Of a stretch of 64,000 nt of DNA, positions 29,146 through 39,866 are shown one piece after another. The stretch is from contig CP066691.1 in assembly GCA_016432485.1 (NCBI GenBank), forward strand, positions 452,709 to 516,708, given 5' to 3'. The DNA is from Candidatus Niyogibacteria bacterium. Lineage in GTDB: Bacteria > Patescibacteriota > Minisyncoccia > HO2-45-28. Numbering within the stretch: position 1 is the first letter of the stretch; the number at the start of each line of letters is the position of its first letter. Under the pieces are notes generated by a model. The model saw only the letters and a list, made by a program, of their open reading frames with translations, was not told where the DNA came from and ran no database searches. Made by a program: the position numbers and the translations under genes.

Positions 29146-29586
29146 TTATGCGTTTTGAACTATACTTCCTCCGGCTTTTTCTATTTTTTCTTTAGCTCCC
29201 CTGGATATCTGGCATTCCGCAACCAATAGGTTTTTCGTCAATTCCCCGGAACCAAGAAGTTTTACCTCGGGGACTCGGCCGCTTATTTTTTTAACCAAGC
29301 CCTTTTTAACCAGTTCCTGGGGGGTCACTTTGCTTCCGGGCTGAAAATGTTTTTCCAAATCTAAAGTATTAACAATGACAGTATGCCTCGGCCTGGTTTT
29401 TACGCGATACCCGCGAAGTTTAGGTATCTTTTTCAAGACATCGCGTATTTCCGGTCTGATTCTGTGACCGGCCCTTGCCTTCTGGCCCTTTATGCCGCGT
29501 CCGGAATACGTGCCGCGTTTGCCTCCGCGGCCTATTCTTTTTTTATTCTTAAAACGGGTTTTTGGTTTTAAATGATGAAGCTGCAT
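29146..29586 (-). CDS. rplO: 50S ribosomal protein L15
   Basis: 'KRIGRGGKRGTYSGRG'. Confidence 0.85.
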   Translation of the reverse strand: MQLHHLKPKTRFKNKKRIGRGGKRGTYSGRGIKGQKARAGHRIRPEIRDVLKKIPKLRGYRVKTRPRHTVIVNTLDLEKHFQPGSKVTPQELVKKGLVKKISGRVPEVKLLGSGELTKNLLVAECQISRGAKEKIEKAGGSIVQNA

Positions 29587-29590
29587 ATTT

Positions 29591-30061
29591 TTATTTAAGT
29601 TTTTTAAGCGCTTCCATCGCCGCGCGGGCGTTGGAAATCTTATTTTTTGTACGTGATAAAATCTTGGCCGAGGCGTTTTTTACGCCAGCGAGATCCAAAA
29701 TCGCGCGCACCGAACTGCCGGCTACCAAACCATGTCCCTCAAGAGCCGGCCTAATTATGACTTCAGAGCTCGCGAACTTGCCGTAAACATCATGGGAAAT
29801 TGACATATTTTTATTCAAAGAAATCCTAATGGTCCTTTTCCCGGCTTGTTTAACGGCTTTTTGTATGGCCGTAGACGTATCTGAGCCCTTGGCCGTTCCT
29901 ATTCCGACCTCCCCAAATTTATTGCCGACAACCATTGTCGCCCTGAAACTGAAACGCCGGCCGCCGGCCACAACTCTGGCAACGCGACGCAAATCAATCA
30001 GCTTCTGTTCAAACTCAGAATCACTTTTTTCGCGTCTTTTTGAAAAATTTTTTGACCGCAT
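29591..30061 (-). CDS. rpsE: 30S ribosomal protein S5 (start at internal Met of the annotated ORF)
   Basis: 'RVARVVAGGRRFSFRATMVVGNKFGEVGIG'. Confidence 0.85.
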   Translation of the reverse strand: MRSKNFSKRREKSDSEFEQKLIDLRRVARVVAGGRRFSFRATMVVGNKFGEVGIGTAKGSDTSTAIQKAVKQAGKRTIRISLNKNMSISHDVYGKFASSEVIIRPALEGHGLVAGSSVRAILDLAGVKNASAKILSRTKNKISNARAAMEALKKLK

Positions 30062-30065
30062 AAAA

Positions 30066-30416
30066 TTAAAATTCCAGCCCGCCCTCCCTGGCACCATCAG
30101 CCAAAGATTTAAGCCGACCATGATAATTATAACCCCCTCGGTCAAAAACTACTTTTTTAACCTTGGCTTCTTTGGCGCGCTGGGCAAGCAGTTTGCCTAA
30201 AGCGCGGGCGCGGATGCTTTTGTTCTGTTTTTTGGCATCTTTTGCCGCCGGGTCGGAAATGCCTACGATGGTCCTGCCTTTTTCATCATCTATCACCTGA
30301 GCATAAATATGTTTATTGGAACGGAAAACCGAAAGTCGCGGACGCTTCGCGGTTCCGCTAACTTTTATACGAATCATTTTGTGGCTGCGTATTCTTTTTT
30401 CTTTCTTGTTTTTCAT
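30066..30416 (-). CDS. rplR: 50S ribosomal protein L18
   Basis: 'KRPRLSVFRSNKHIYAQVIDD'. Confidence 0.85.
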   Translation of the reverse strand: MKNKKEKRIRSHKMIRIKVSGTAKRPRLSVFRSNKHIYAQVIDDEKGRTIVGISDPAAKDAKKQNKSIRARALGKLLAQRAKEAKVKKVVFDRGGYNYHGRLKSLADGAREGGLEF

Positions 30417-30441
30417 TCGAATAATTAAAATAATCTTAAAA

Positions 30442-30984
30442 CTAAGCCGAGGCGGCCACCTTTTTGCCGGCCTTTCGCCTTATTATTTCTCCGGAATAAC
30501 GTATGCCCTTGCCTTTGTAGGGCTCGGGTTTTTTGTGGCTTCTTATGGTCGCGGCTAGATTGCCGACGGTTTCTTTGTCCGGACCAGAAACAATAATCGT
30601 ATTTTTTTCCACCGAAAAGGAAACTCCCTTAGGCGGAGAAACTGTTATCGGGTGCGAAAAACCCAGGTTCAGGACCAAGTCGTTGCCTCTGACTTCGGCT
30701 CTAAAGCCCACGCCCTCCAATTCCAGTTTTTTTTCAAATCCTTTGGTCACACCATCAATCATATTGTTCAAATGTCTGACAAATGTCCCCAAGAAAGCCG
30801 AAATATCTTTAGTGTTTAATTTGGGTTTAATATAAACTTCGCCCGCCGAAACGTCAAAGTCAAGAAACGCCGGAACTTTTCGGTTTAGCTCCCCCTTCGG
30901 CCCTTTAACTTTTAATTCGCCCCCGCTAAATTCAACGGAGACGCCTTGAGGAATTATTATCGGTTTTTTGGCTAAACGGCTCAT
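30442..30984 (-). CDS. rplF: 50S ribosomal protein L6
   Basis: 'MSRLAKKPIIIPQGV...GPKGEL'. Confidence 0.85.
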   Translation of the reverse strand: MSRLAKKPIIIPQGVSVEFSGGELKVKGPKGELNRKVPAFLDFDVSAGEVYIKPKLNTKDISAFLGTFVRHLNNMIDGVTKGFEKKLELEGVGFRAEVRGNDLVLNLGFSHPITVSPPKGVSFSVEKNTIIVSGPDKETVGNLAATIRSHKKPEPYKGKGIRYSGEIIRRKAGKKVAASA

Positions 30985-31033
30985 ATTGCGAATTAAAAAT
31001 TAAAATCCAAAAAATAAAGGTCTTTATTCAGAT

Positions 31034-31429
31034 TTACCATGCTTCGCCGAGAATTTCTCCGCCCACCTTTAATTTTCTAGCTTGCTTATCATCTATTATC
31101 CCGAACGGTGTTGAAATTATGTACAGGCCTGTCCCGCCTTTAACCGGCTTCAACTCGCGCCAACCTTTATAAATTCTTCGCGACGGTTTTGAAACGCGTT
31201 TTATTTCCGTAATTTTGCCCGAGCCGGATTCGTCATAAAATAGCGGCAACTCAATTGCGCGGCGGTTCTTTTTGCCTTTCCGCGCGGCTTCACCGGCTAA
31301 ACCACGTTTTTCCAGAAGTTTAGCTATTTCCATTTTTATTTTGGAATACGGAACCGCAACCACGGATTTTTTCGCCCGTCCGGCATTATTTATACGACTG
31401 AACATGTCGCCGATTGGATCTCCTACCAT
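31034..31429 (-). CDS. rpsH: 30S ribosomal protein S8 (start inferred at [10 protein letters not shown], overlaps rpsN end)
   Basis: '[13 protein letters not shown]'. Confidence 0.8.
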   Translation of the reverse strand: MVGDPIGDMFSRINNAGRAKKSVVAVPYSKIKMEIAKLLEKRGLAGEAARKGKKNRRAIELPLFYDESGSGKITEIKRVSKPSRRIYKGWRELKPVKGGTGLYIISTPFGIIDDKQARKLKVGGEILGEAW

Positions 31430-31608
31430 GATGATTTTCTTATTCCGGGTATTTCTCCTTCGTTGGCTAACTCTCTGAAACAAATTCGGCAAAGGTCAAA
31501 ATCGCGCATGTAACCCCGCTTCCGGCCGCACCGAAAACAACGGCGCACTAAGCGCGATTTAAATTTGGGTGTTTTTTGGGATCTGGCGACAACCGATGTT
31601 TTGGCCAT
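31423..31608 (-). CDS. rpsN: 30S ribosomal protein S14, zinc-ribbon type Z
   Basis: 61 aa, '[20 protein letters not shown]'. Confidence 0.85.
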   Translation of the reverse strand: MAKTSVVARSQKTPKFKSRLVRRCFRCGRKRGYMRDFDLCRICFRELANEGEIPGIRKSSW

Positions 31609-31654
31609 ATTTCAAACTAAAAACTTAAAGCGTAATTCGTTTTGCATTTTACGC

Positions 31655-32188
31655 TTATTTCTTAAACGGTACTCCAATCGCCTTAAACAGCGCCTCTGCC
31701 TCATCTCTCGTCTTGGCGTTCGTCACTAAGGTCACCTCCAATCCGAACGGCGCCTTGACATCTTCGCCGGCTATCTCCGGAAATACAATATGCTCTTTAA
31801 AGCCGATAGTCAAGTTTCCGGAAGAATCTATGGACTTCAAATCAATGCCCCTGAAATCGCGGATGCGAGGAAGCGCCACATTTATCAGTTTATCCAAAAA
31901 ATCATACATCCGCGCCCCGCGCAAAGTGCAGGCAAAACCAACCACTACCCCCTGCCTTGTCTTGAAAGCAGCAATAGACTTTTTAGCCCCGCGGGGCGCG
32001 CATTTCTGTCCAGAAATAAGCTCAAAATGCCTGATAATAATCTCTTTATCTTTTTCCTCCTTGCGGCCCGTACCGGTATTTATGACAATTTTAATCAGTC
32101 TCGGGGCGGCAAGGCTGTTTTTAAATCCGAGCTTTTTTTTCAAAATATCCGCGATATTTTCACCGTATTTTAATTTTAATTCATTCAT
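31655..32188 (-). CDS. rplE: 50S ribosomal protein L5
   Basis: 'MNELKLKY...NTGTG'. Confidence 0.85.
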   Translation of the reverse strand: MNELKLKYGENIADILKKKLGFKNSLAAPRLIKIVINTGTGRKEEKDKEIIIRHFELISGQKCAPRGAKKSIAAFKTRQGVVVGFACTLRGARMYDFLDKLINVALPRIRDFRGIDLKSIDSSGNLTIGFKEHIVFPEIAGEDVKAPFGLEVTLVTNAKTRDEAEALFKAIGVPFKK

Positions 32189-32499
32189 GGTATTTTTGCT
32201 CCGCATTTGCGGCAAACCCTTGTTCGGTGGCCTTTATCATCCAAAACGCTCTTGGTTCTTTGCGGCTTTGAACAAGAAGGACAAATCAGCATAGCGTTTG
32301 AAATATGAATGGGGGAAGGAACCTGAACAACTTGGCCCTTTTCCCCCTGACGCTTTGGGCGACGATGGCGTTTCCTGATATTTAAACCCTCAACCACGAC
32401 CAGATTATCCTTTGGTAAAACTTTAAGCACGCGGCCGGATTTTCCACGGTCTTTACCGCTTAATACTTTGACCAAATCGTTCTTTTTTATTTTTTCCAT
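32185..32499 (-). CDS. rplX: 50S ribosomal protein L24
   Basis: 'KKNDLVKVLSGKDRGKSGRVLKV'. Confidence 0.85.
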   Translation of the reverse strand: MEKIKKNDLVKVLSGKDRGKSGRVLKVLPKDNLVVVEGLNIRKRHRRPKRQGEKGQVVQVPSPIHISNAMLICPSCSKPQRTKSVLDDKGHRTRVCRKCGAKIP

Positions 32500-32524
32500 T
32501 TTGCTTAAATTTTAAAGTGTTTCC

Positions 32525-32890
32525 TTAAATTACTTCCGGAGCCAAAGATATAATCTTGATAAATCCCATCTCTCTCAATTCCCGCGGCATCGGCCCGAAA
32601 ATTCTGCCGCCCTTAGGCTCTTTGCCGTCTACGATTACCGCGGCGTTATCGTCAAACCTTATGTAAGTTCCGTCTTTTCGGCGATAGGGCTGACGCTGCC
32701 GGACTACAACGGCACGCACAACATCTTTTTTCTTTACTTCTTTGCGCGGTTCGGCTTTTTTAACCGAGGCTATAATAATATCGCCGATACGGGCATATCT
32801 GCGCCTTGTCCCGCCTAAAACACGGATGCACTGTATAATTTTTGCTCCGGAATTATCGGCAACTCCAATAATTGATCTTGGCTGAATCAT
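32525..32890 (-). CDS. rplN: 50S ribosomal protein L14
   Basis: '[17 protein letters not shown]'. Confidence 0.9.
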   Translation of the reverse strand: MIQPRSIIGVADNSGAKIIQCIRVLGGTRRRYARIGDIIIASVKKAEPRKEVKKKDVVRAVVVRQRQPYRRKDGTYIRFDDNAAVIVDGKEPKGGRIFGPMPRELREMGFIKIISLAPEVI

Positions 32891-32891
32891 G

Positions 32892-33131
32892 TTAAATTAA
32901 AACCCATTTTTTAGTCTTGGAAATCGGGCGCGCCGATTCAATCACCGCCATCTCGCCGATTTTATGCTGGCCGGTTTCATAATGAGCGCTGTATCTTTTA
33001 AACCTTTTAAAATATTTCTTGTATTTCGGATGTTTTAAAAGGCGCGTAACTTCAACAATCGCCGTCTTATTCTGCGACAAAGAAATAATTTTGCCTTTAA
33101 ACCTTTGTTTATGTTTTATTGAGTCGTTCAT
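32892..33131 (-). CDS. rpsQ: 30S ribosomal protein S17
   Basis: '[16 protein letters not shown]'. Confidence 0.85.
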   Translation of the reverse strand: MNDSIKHKQRFKGKIISLSQNKTAIVEVTRLLKHPKYKKYFKRFKRYSAHYETGQHKIGEMAVIESARPISKTKKWVLI

Positions 33132-33328
33132 TTTCGTTTTAATTGATTAATGCGCGTAAGAAGACGGGCGATAATATGTTTTATTTCACGGCCTGATTTA
33201 ACATTTTTAATCTTGGATTGGGACGCCGAAAAACGAAACTCACGAAGTTCCTCGCGGCTGGAAGCAAGCTCACGCTCAAGGTCCCCGATATTATTGCGGC
33301 TAAAAATTTCTTTTGTTTTCATTTTCAT
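33128..33328 (-). CDS. rpmC: 50S ribosomal protein L29
   Basis: 66 aa, L29 helical pattern, position between rplP and rpsQ. Confidence 0.8.
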   Translation of the reverse strand: MKMKTKEIFSRNNIGDLERELASSREELREFRFSASQSKIKNVKSGREIKHIIARLLTRINQLKRK

Positions 33329-33735
33329 CTTTTTACTATTTTGGTTTTAAGTCCCAGTTTGGCTCCGGCTTTGCGCAGAGATTCGTGCGCGTTTTCATCG
33401 CTTAGACCGTCCACCTCAAAAATAACTCGCCCGGCCTTAACCATCGCGAAATATCCGACCAAATCGCCCTTTCCGGCTCCCATCCCGACCTCCGGAGGTT
33501 TAGCGGTTTTGGGACGATCAGGAAATATTCTGATCCACATTCGTCCTCCTTTCTGAACGTAACGCGATATGGCTTTGCGGCCGGCTTCAATTTGTTGGGC
33601 GGTTATATGGCCCCCTTCTTGAGACTTCAAACCAAAAGACCCGAAGGAAACTTCGGTTCCCCGATTGTCAACGCCGCGCTCACTACCGCGCAGACGATGC
33701 CATTTTCTATGTTTTACTTTTTTAGGCAACAACAT
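33325..33735 (-). CDS. rplP: 50S ribosomal protein L16
   Basis: 'MLLPKKVKHRKWHR'. Confidence 0.9.
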   Translation of the reverse strand: MLLPKKVKHRKWHRLRGSERGVDNRGTEVSFGSFGLKSQEGGHITAQQIEAGRKAISRYVQKGGRMWIRIFPDRPKTAKPPEVGMGAGKGDLVGYFAMVKAGRVIFEVDGLSDENAHESLRKAGAKLGLKTKIVKR

Positions 33736-33776
33736 GTCAAATTTATATGAATGTTAGTGAATAATAAATTTGAGCA

Positions 33777-33901
33777 CCCCACACATAATTTACGATGGCC
33801 TGCTTCAAAAAATTGTCCGCAAGACAATTTTTTATTTTTATGCTGTTGCTGTGAATTATCATAATTTTTGTTATTTTTACTATTGTAAATTATGTGTGGG
33901 G
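33777..33901. repeat. nested palindromic element in the rplP-rpsC spacer: 17-bp perfect inverted repeat ccccacacataatttac/gtaaattatgtgtgggg enclosing a second palindrome aaaaaattgtc-cgcaa-gacaatttttt
   Basis: arms at 33777-33793 and 33885-33901; rplP and rpsC are normally contiguous. Confidence 0.55.
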
Positions 33902-33937
33902 TTCTCGAAAAATATAGTCGCTCACTTCGTTCGCTCC

Positions 33938-34594
33938 TTATTTTTCGGAAAATACCTCGCCCTTATAAATCCAGACCTTTATGCCGATATCGCCGTAAGG
34001 CAGGTGGGCTCTGGTCCGCGCAAAATCAATGTCGGCCCTTATGGTCTGCAAAGGAATCCGGCCGTCCGAAAGCCATTCGCGCCGGCTCATTTCGGCGCCG
34101 TCAAGACGTCCGGCTAAAGCAACTTTCACCCCCAAGACCTCTTTGTGGGAAGACACCTTGCTTAAAATCTGCTTGAGCACTCTTCTGAAAGGGAGCCTTT
34201 TTTCCAAACTTTCGGCCACCATTCTGGAGACCACCGCCGCGTCCGTTTCCGGACTCTTTATTTCCTCAATCGCCAGCTGCAATTCGCGAGGCCGGTTCAG
34301 ACCAAACTTCTCAAAAAACTTTTCTATTTCCTTTTTTAAAGAATTCGCGCCGGCTCCGGATCTCCCGATGATAAGGCCGGGCCTTGAAGTGTGGATTATG
34401 ATTTTCAAAAGCGTGGGCGATCTTTCAATTTCTATTTTTGAAACATACATCTTAATAAGACGATCATTAAGCCACGAACGCAATTTAACGTCGGCTTTTA
34501 AAAATTTACGGTAATTGCGCAAATCAAACCAGCGCGATTTCCAATCGCGAACCTGGCCTAATCTGAATGAATATGGGTGAACTCGATGGGTCAT
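33938..34594 (-). CDS. rpsC: 30S ribosomal protein S3
   Basis: 'MTHRVHPYSFRLG...W.SRWF', KH domain. Confidence 0.85.
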   Translation of the reverse strand: MTHRVHPYSFRLGQVRDWKSRWFDLRNYRKFLKADVKLRSWLNDRLIKMYVSKIEIERSPTLLKIIIHTSRPGLIIGRSGAGANSLKKEIEKFFEKFGLNRPRELQLAIEEIKSPETDAAVVSRMVAESLEKRLPFRRVLKQILSKVSSHKEVLGVKVALAGRLDGAEMSRREWLSDGRIPLQTIRADIDFARTRAHLPYGDIGIKVWIYKGEVFSEK

Positions 34595-34621
34595 AATAAA
34601 CCAATAATCAATAATCAAATG

Positions 34622-34954
34622 TTATTTCTCTTTTTCTGCGAGAACGAGTCTTACGCGGCTTGTTTTTTTTCTGATAAGCGACGGAACGCCTCTGGCCCGC
34701 GCCATGAAACGTTTGAAAACCGGGCCTTCATCTACGGTCAATTTTGAAATATAAAGATTTTTGGGCAACGAACTTAAATTATTGCGGGCATTGGCCGCGG
34801 CCGATTCCAAAAGCTTAGCCATGGGCTTGGCCGCTCCTTTTTTGGAAAATTTCAAAATTGTCCGGACTTCGTCTATATTTTTGCCCCTGATAGCGTCGGC
34901 CACCAATCTTAATTTTCTGGGAGCTATTCTAATGTAATTTAATTCGGCTTTCAT
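34622..34954 (-). CDS. rplV: 50S ribosomal protein L22
   Basis: L22 pattern, synteny. Confidence 0.85.
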   Translation of the reverse strand: MKAELNYIRIAPRKLRLVADAIRGKNIDEVRTILKFSKKGAAKPMAKLLESAAANARNNLSSLPKNLYISKLTVDEGPVFKRFMARARGVPSLIRKKTSRVRLVLAEKEK

Positions 34955-34956
34955 AT

Positions 34957-35274
34957 CTACGGCGTTTTAGCGGCGGCCTTCACCGATTCGGTTTCTTTCT
35001 GTTCCAGTTCTCTTTGCATACGCCCGCCGTGCCTCGTAAATTTTTTAGTCGGAGAAAATTCGCCCAAACGATGTCCGACCATCTCTTCGCTGACGGATAC
35101 CGATATAAACTCGCGGCCGTTATGAACTCCGAAAACATAGCCGACCATCTCCGGAGAAATTTGGGAATTTCTGGACCAGGTCTTAATAACCTCCCTTGAA
35201 CCGGCTGGAAGCCGGCTTATCTTTTTCAATAATTTTGGGTCCACATACGGACCTTTTTTCGCGCTTCGCGTCAT
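34957..35274 (-). CDS. rpsS: 30S ribosomal protein S19
   Basis: '[12 protein letters not shown]', '[10 protein letters not shown]'. Confidence 0.9.
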   Translation of the reverse strand: MTRSAKKGPYVDPKLLKKISRLPAGSREVIKTWSRNSQISPEMVGYVFGVHNGREFISVSVSEEMVGHRLGEFSPTKKFTRHGGRMQRELEQKETESVKAAAKTP

Positions 35275-35275
35275 A

Positions 35276-36103
35276 TTATTTTTTTCTTTTTTGGAGAATC
35301 AGCGAGTTGGAATACTTGTGGCGCTTTCGCGTCTTTACTCCTCTCGTGCCCCGGCCCCAAAGATTCTTCGGCCTTCTTGTTCCGCGCAAAGTCCTGCCCT
35401 CACCGCCTCCATAAGGATGATCAACCGGATTCATTGCCGACCCCCTCACGGTCGGTCTGATGCCCATATGTCTGGACCTGCCAGCCTTACCGATAGTGAT
35501 GAAACTTCTTTCCTCATTGGAAACCTGGCCAACGGAGGCCCAGGAATTTTTATTTATCCGCCTTATCTCCCCGGACGGCATCTTAATCTGGCTGTATTTT
35601 TCCTCATGGGCTAAAATCTCGGCGCGGCCTGCGGCAGCTCTTACAAGTTTAGCTCCTGATCCTGGCTCAATTTCAACATTATAAACCGATGTTCCCGAAG
35701 GAATCAAGCGAAGCGGCAAACGATTCCCGGGTTTAATCGGAGCATGTTCGGAAATAATAACCTCGTCGCCCGCCTTGATTCCAACAGGCAAAAGATGATA
35801 CCTGTATTCGCCGTCACGATAAAGCACCAGCCCTATGAATCCCGACCGCCCGGGATCATATTCCGCTGATACGACACGAGCCGGAACATCCAACTTGTCG
35901 TATTTAAAATCAACTATTCTCTGGAGCCTTTTTGCCCCGCCGCCTCTATGACGAACGGTTATCCGCCCTCGATTATTCCGTCCGGCGGATTTTTTCATAC
36001 CTTTAGTCAGACTTTTTCGGGGCTGGACCGAATACACAAGCGCTTTATATTCAGCAACTTGCATATGACGGCGCGATGGAGTTGTGGGTTTATAAGATTT
36101 CAT
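35276..36103 (-). CDS. rplB: 50S ribosomal protein L2
   Basis: '[13 protein letters not shown]'. Confidence 0.9.
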   Translation of the reverse strand: MKSYKPTTPSRRHMQVAEYKALVYSVQPRKSLTKGMKKSAGRNNRGRITVRHRGGGAKRLQRIVDFKYDKLDVPARVVSAEYDPGRSGFIGLVLYRDGEYRYHLLPVGIKAGDEVIISEHAPIKPGNRLPLRLIPSGTSVYNVEIEPGSGAKLVRAAAGRAEILAHEEKYSQIKMPSGEIRRINKNSWASVGQVSNEERSFITIGKAGRSRHMGIRPTVRGSAMNPVDHPYGGGEGRTLRGTRRPKNLWGRGTRGVKTRKRHKYSNSLILQKRKK

Positions 36104-36510
36104 TATGTGAATTCTATTTTATGACCCCGAGAGAGCCTAACCAAGGCCTTGCGGTATCCGGGACTATGGCCGAATTTCCGGCCGAAACTTCTTAAACGCG
36201 GGGGCATATTTATCACGTTCACTTTATCAACTTTTACTTTATATAATTCTTCAACCGCCATTTTTATATCTTTCTTGGAAGCTTCGTAAGCCACGTTAAA
36301 GACATAAACGCCTTCTTCTTTCATAATAGAAGATTTTTCAGTTATTTTGGGGCGAAGCAGGGTGGAAGCCGCGTGTTTAGATTCCCCCAGATTTTTACGT
36401 TCCTCTTTTTTCTCAACCTCGTCCGGCTCCAAAACAACATCGCGCCTGGAAACAATTTTTTCAAGCCTTTTTCTTTTTTCTTTTTTCTTAAAAAAATCAA
36501 GCAGATTCAT
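36103..36510 (-). CDS. rplW: 50S ribosomal protein L23 (with N-terminal K/E-rich extension)
   Basis: C-terminal L23 core 'VYVFNVAYEASKKDIKMAVEELYKVKV'. Confidence 0.8.
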   Translation of the reverse strand: MNLLDFFKKKEKRKRLEKIVSRRDVVLEPDEVEKKEERKNLGESKHAASTLLRPKITEKSSIMKEEGVYVFNVAYEASKKDIKMAVEELYKVKVDKVNVINMPPRLRSFGRKFGHSPGYRKALVRLSRGHKIEFT

Positions 36511-36515
36511 ACTTT

Positions 36516-37157
36516 TTAAATCTTGACTAAATTTAAAAGGTCTTTTTGACCCAGAATCAGATATTTTACCGCCAGCAAATCAAGAGGATTGATATTTCTG
36601 GCTTCCAAAGTTTTGACGCCGTAAATATTGCGAAAAGCCAGGTGGGTATTTCTGTCTTTAGCCGCAACTATGATTTTAGACCCCTTTTTAGCCAAACCTT
36701 CAAATCCTTTAATTTTACCCAGGGCTGTCAGAGCTTCTCTGGCTTTTTTGGTTTTGGACTCAAGCAATAAAACCTCATCCATAATCATCATTTCTTGATC
36801 AGCCATCTTTTTGGATAAAATCATAAATAAAGCTTTCTTTTTGGCTTTTTTGTTTATTTTCCGGCCGTATTTTTTTTCGTTCGTCGGTCCATGAGTCACC
36901 CCTCCGCCGACCCATATCGGAGAACGCGTTGAGCCGTGGCGAGCCCTGCCGGTTCCTTTCTGGCGCCAAGGCTTTTTTCCACCGCCGGAAACATCTCCGC
37001 GCCCCCGAGCCTGAGCAAGTCCTTTTCGGCTTTGGGAGCGCATGGATTCTATCACCTGATGAACCAAATCCGCGTTCCATTTCAAAGCAAAAATTTTCTC
37101 CGGCAATTCCAGAGTGTCCACTTTTTCGGCTTTTAAGTTGTATACGGAGACTTCCAT
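36516..37157 (-). CDS. rplD: 50S ribosomal protein L4
   Basis: L4 pattern, synteny. Confidence 0.85.
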   Translation of the reverse strand: MEVSVYNLKAEKVDTLELPEKIFALKWNADLVHQVIESMRSQSRKGLAQARGRGDVSGGGKKPWRQKGTGRARHGSTRSPIWVGGGVTHGPTNEKKYGRKINKKAKKKALFMILSKKMADQEMMIMDEVLLLESKTKKAREALTALGKIKGFEGLAKKGSKIIVAAKDRNTHLAFRNIYGVKTLEARNINPLDLLAVKYLILGQKDLLNLVKI

Positions 37158-37160
37158 AAA

Positions 37161-37856
37161 TTAATTTCTTATCTCTACCAACGTCCCGCGTCTTCCGGGA
37201 ACCGCTCCGGACACCAAAATCAGATTGTTTTCAGAATCCACTTTAAGGATTTTCAGATTGCGCATAGTAACGCGCCGTCCGCCCATCCTTCCGGGCATGC
37301 GCATACCCTTTGTAACCCGGCCTCCGGATCGGCCTCCGCCGCCTATTGAACCGGCTTCCCTCTCGGAATGCTTCTGACCATGAGTCCTCGGCCCGCCCGC
37401 GAACCCATGGCGCCTAACCACGCCCTGAAAACCCTTACCCTTGGAAATCGCGGAAACCCTTACTTTATCGCCTTCTTTAAAAACTCCTGCGCCAATAACA
37501 TCTCCGGGTTGAAAATCTTCCGGCTTTTCAACCCTGAACTCCTTTAACCATTTCACATTGGAAATCGAAAATTGCCTGTCCGCCGAAGCTTTACTGTATC
37601 CTTCCGTAGCCTTTGGCGGAGGAGCGAAGGCGGAAAAATTGGAAATTTTTTTAAGATGTCCCTTTTGAGGTTTTTTAATGTGTTTGGAATTTTTGAAACC
37701 ATACCCAATCTGAACGGATTTATATCCGTCCTTTTCGGGGGTTTTCAGCTGAACGATAACCACAGGACCCGCCTCGATCAGAGTCGCCGGCGTCAGATGG
37801 CCGTCCTCTGAAAAAACCTGCGTCATTTCCTTTTTTTGTCCTAAAATAAAACTCAT
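37161..37856 (-). CDS. rplC: 50S ribosomal protein L3
   Basis: 'MSFILGQKKEMTQVF'. Confidence 0.85.
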   Translation of the reverse strand: MSFILGQKKEMTQVFSEDGHLTPATLIEAGPVVIVQLKTPEKDGYKSVQIGYGFKNSKHIKKPQKGHLKKISNFSAFAPPPKATEGYSKASADRQFSISNVKWLKEFRVEKPEDFQPGDVIGAGVFKEGDKVRVSAISKGKGFQGVVRRHGFAGGPRTHGQKHSEREAGSIGGGGRSGGRVTKGMRMPGRMGGRRVTMRNLKILKVDSENNLILVSGAVPGRRGTLVEIRN

Positions 37857-37935
37857 GCGCTTGTTTTAATACCCCTAATTAAAAAACTCCGAGGCTCCGG
37901 AGTCTTTTAATCGGAAATCCCACGTGGTGATAAGC

Positions 37936-38292
37936 TTACATCATTTTAACTTCTATGTCCACACCTGCGGGAAGATTAAGATTTGTCAGAGAATCTATGA
38001 TTTTAGGATTGGTATTCAAAATATCAATCAATCTTTTATGGACGCGCATCTCGAACTGTTCCCGGGAATTTTTATGGACGAAGGTTGAACGATTAACGGT
38101 ATATTTTCTTATCTCGGTCGGCAAAGGAACAGGACCGACTATCTCGGCTCCGTATCTCAAAGAAGTGTCCACTATCTGTTTTACGCTGGAATCCAGAATC
38201 TTATTGTCATAGCCGCGCACGCGTATACGCAATTTCTGGCGTTCTTCTTTTTTGAGAGCCTTTGGCTTCTCGGCTGTCTTTATCTTTGCCAC
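37936..38292 (-). CDS. rpsJ: 30S ribosomal protein S10
   Basis: '[14 protein letters not shown]'. Confidence 0.85.
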   Translation of the reverse strand: MAKIKTAEKPKALKKEERQKLRIRVRGYDNKILDSSVKQIVDTSLRYGAEIVGPVPLPTEIRKYTVNRSTFVHKNSREQFEMRVHKRLIDILNTNPKIIDSLTNLNLPAGVDIEVKMM

Positions 38293-38305
38293 AATTTTAA
38301 AGAAT

Positions 38306-39499
38306 TTATTTGATTATTTTAGTCACGACTCCCGCGCCGACTGTTTTGCCGCCTTCGCGAATCGCAAAACGCTGACGCTCTTCAAGGGCCACCGGAGCTA
38401 TAAGCTTGATGCTCAAATTAACCGTATCTCCCGGCATAACCATTTCCGTTCCTTGGGGCAAAACCGCTTCACCCGTCACATCAGTTGTGCGCATATAAAA
38501 CTGCGGTTTGTATCCGGCAAAAAACGGGGTGTGTCTGCCTCCTTCTTCTTTGGTCAGAATATAAATCTCGGCTTCAAATTCAGTGTGGGGCGTAATTGAA
38601 CCGGGCTTAGCCAAAACCTGTCCGCGCTCAACATCTTCTTTTTTAAGGCCGCGCAAAAGTATTCCGGCGTTATCTCCGGCCATGCCCTCGTCTAAAGATT
38701 TATTAAACATTTCAATTCCGGTAACGACGGTCTTTTGCGTGTCTTTCAAACCCACGACCTCAATTTCTTCGGCAGTTTTGACTTTTCCGCGCTCAATTCG
38801 TCCGGTTACAACCGTGCCTCGGCCTTCAATGGAAAAGATGTCTTCAACCGGCATCAAAAACGGTTTTTCTACGTCGCGCACCGGCTCCGGTATATATTCA
38901 TCCAGCTGTTTGGTCAATTCAAGCACTTGTTTCGCCCACTCATCATCGGCTGATTTGGCTTCAAGGGCCTTGAGAGCCGACCCGCGAATAATCGGGGTTT
39001 TATCGCCCGGATATTCGTATTTATTCAGAAGTTCCCTGACTTCGGCCTCAACCAAATCAACCAAATCTTTATCTTCAGCGGCATCAACTTTATTCAAAAA
39101 AACAATAATCGCGGGAACCCCGACTTGGCGCGCAAGAAGTATGTGCTCACGGGTTTGCGGCATAGGACCGTCAACGGCCGAAACCACCAAAACCGCTCCG
39201 TCCATTTGTGCAGCGCCCGTAATCATATTTTTGATGTAATCGGCATGTCCAGGAGCATCAATGTGGGCGTAATGCCTTTTCGGAGTTTCGTATTCCGAGT
39301 GATGCAAAGCAATGGTAATTCCGCGCTGGCGTTCTTCGGGAGCGTTATCAATATCCTCGACTTTTTCCTCTTTGACCTTGTTGCCGGCCAATTTAAGCAC
39401 GTGCAAAATGGCCGCGGTCAAAGTGGTTTTGCCGTGGTCAACGTGCCCTATGGTGCCGACATTGACATGCGGCTTGGTCCGTTCAAATTTCTCTGCCAT
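38306..39499 (-). CDS. tuf: elongation factor Tu
   Basis: '[10 protein letters not shown]', 'DAPGHADY', 'NKVD', start [11 protein letters not shown]. Confidence 0.95.
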   Translation of the reverse strand: MAEKFERTKPHVNVGTIGHVDHGKTTLTAAILHVLKLAGNKVKEEKVEDIDNAPEERQRGITIALHHSEYETPKRHYAHIDAPGHADYIKNMITGAAQMDGAVLVVSAVDGPMPQTREHILLARQVGVPAIIVFLNKVDAAEDKDLVDLVEAEVRELLNKYEYPGDKTPIIRGSALKALEAKSADDEWAKQVLELTKQLDEYIPEPVRDVEKPFLMPVEDIFSIEGRGTVVTGRIERGKVKTAEEIEVVGLKDTQKTVVTGIEMFNKSLDEGMAGDNAGILLRGLKKEDVERGQVLAKPGSITPHTEFEAEIYILTKEEGGRHTPFFAGYKPQFYMRTTDVTGEAVLPQGTEMVMPGDTVNLSIKLIAPVALEERQRFAIREGGKTVGAGVVTKIIK

Positions 39500-39866
39500 G
39501 TTTTTTAAAAATTTTGGAGCCGGGGCGAACAAAATTTTTGTAAAAATATGAGCACCCCTGCTCTAATTTTGCTTAATTTAACTAATAATCATTAATTATT
39601 TTCCGACTATCTTCGCCCTCGCGACCTGAGAACCGCGAATAGCGGCAAACTTATGGGGCGAAGCGGGTCGCCATGGATTTCCCCGCGAAATTAGAGCGGA
39701 GTAGCCATTCCAAGATATAAATTATAGTTTATTATACGCCTTATTTAAAGTCAAGTATGCCAATTTTCTGGATTTTCACAAAGAAACAGCTATACTTAAT
39801 ATCATTATGGGTAATCCCATTTGCAAATTAAATTTTATTTGTTAACACTCTAAAATTTAAGCAAAT

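Noticed and set aside
39533-39866. tRNA genes or a T-box leader upstream of tuf/trpS
   Set aside because: No cloverleaf with a T-loop GTTCRANYC and no T-box AGGGUGGNACCGCG or specifier structure could be built
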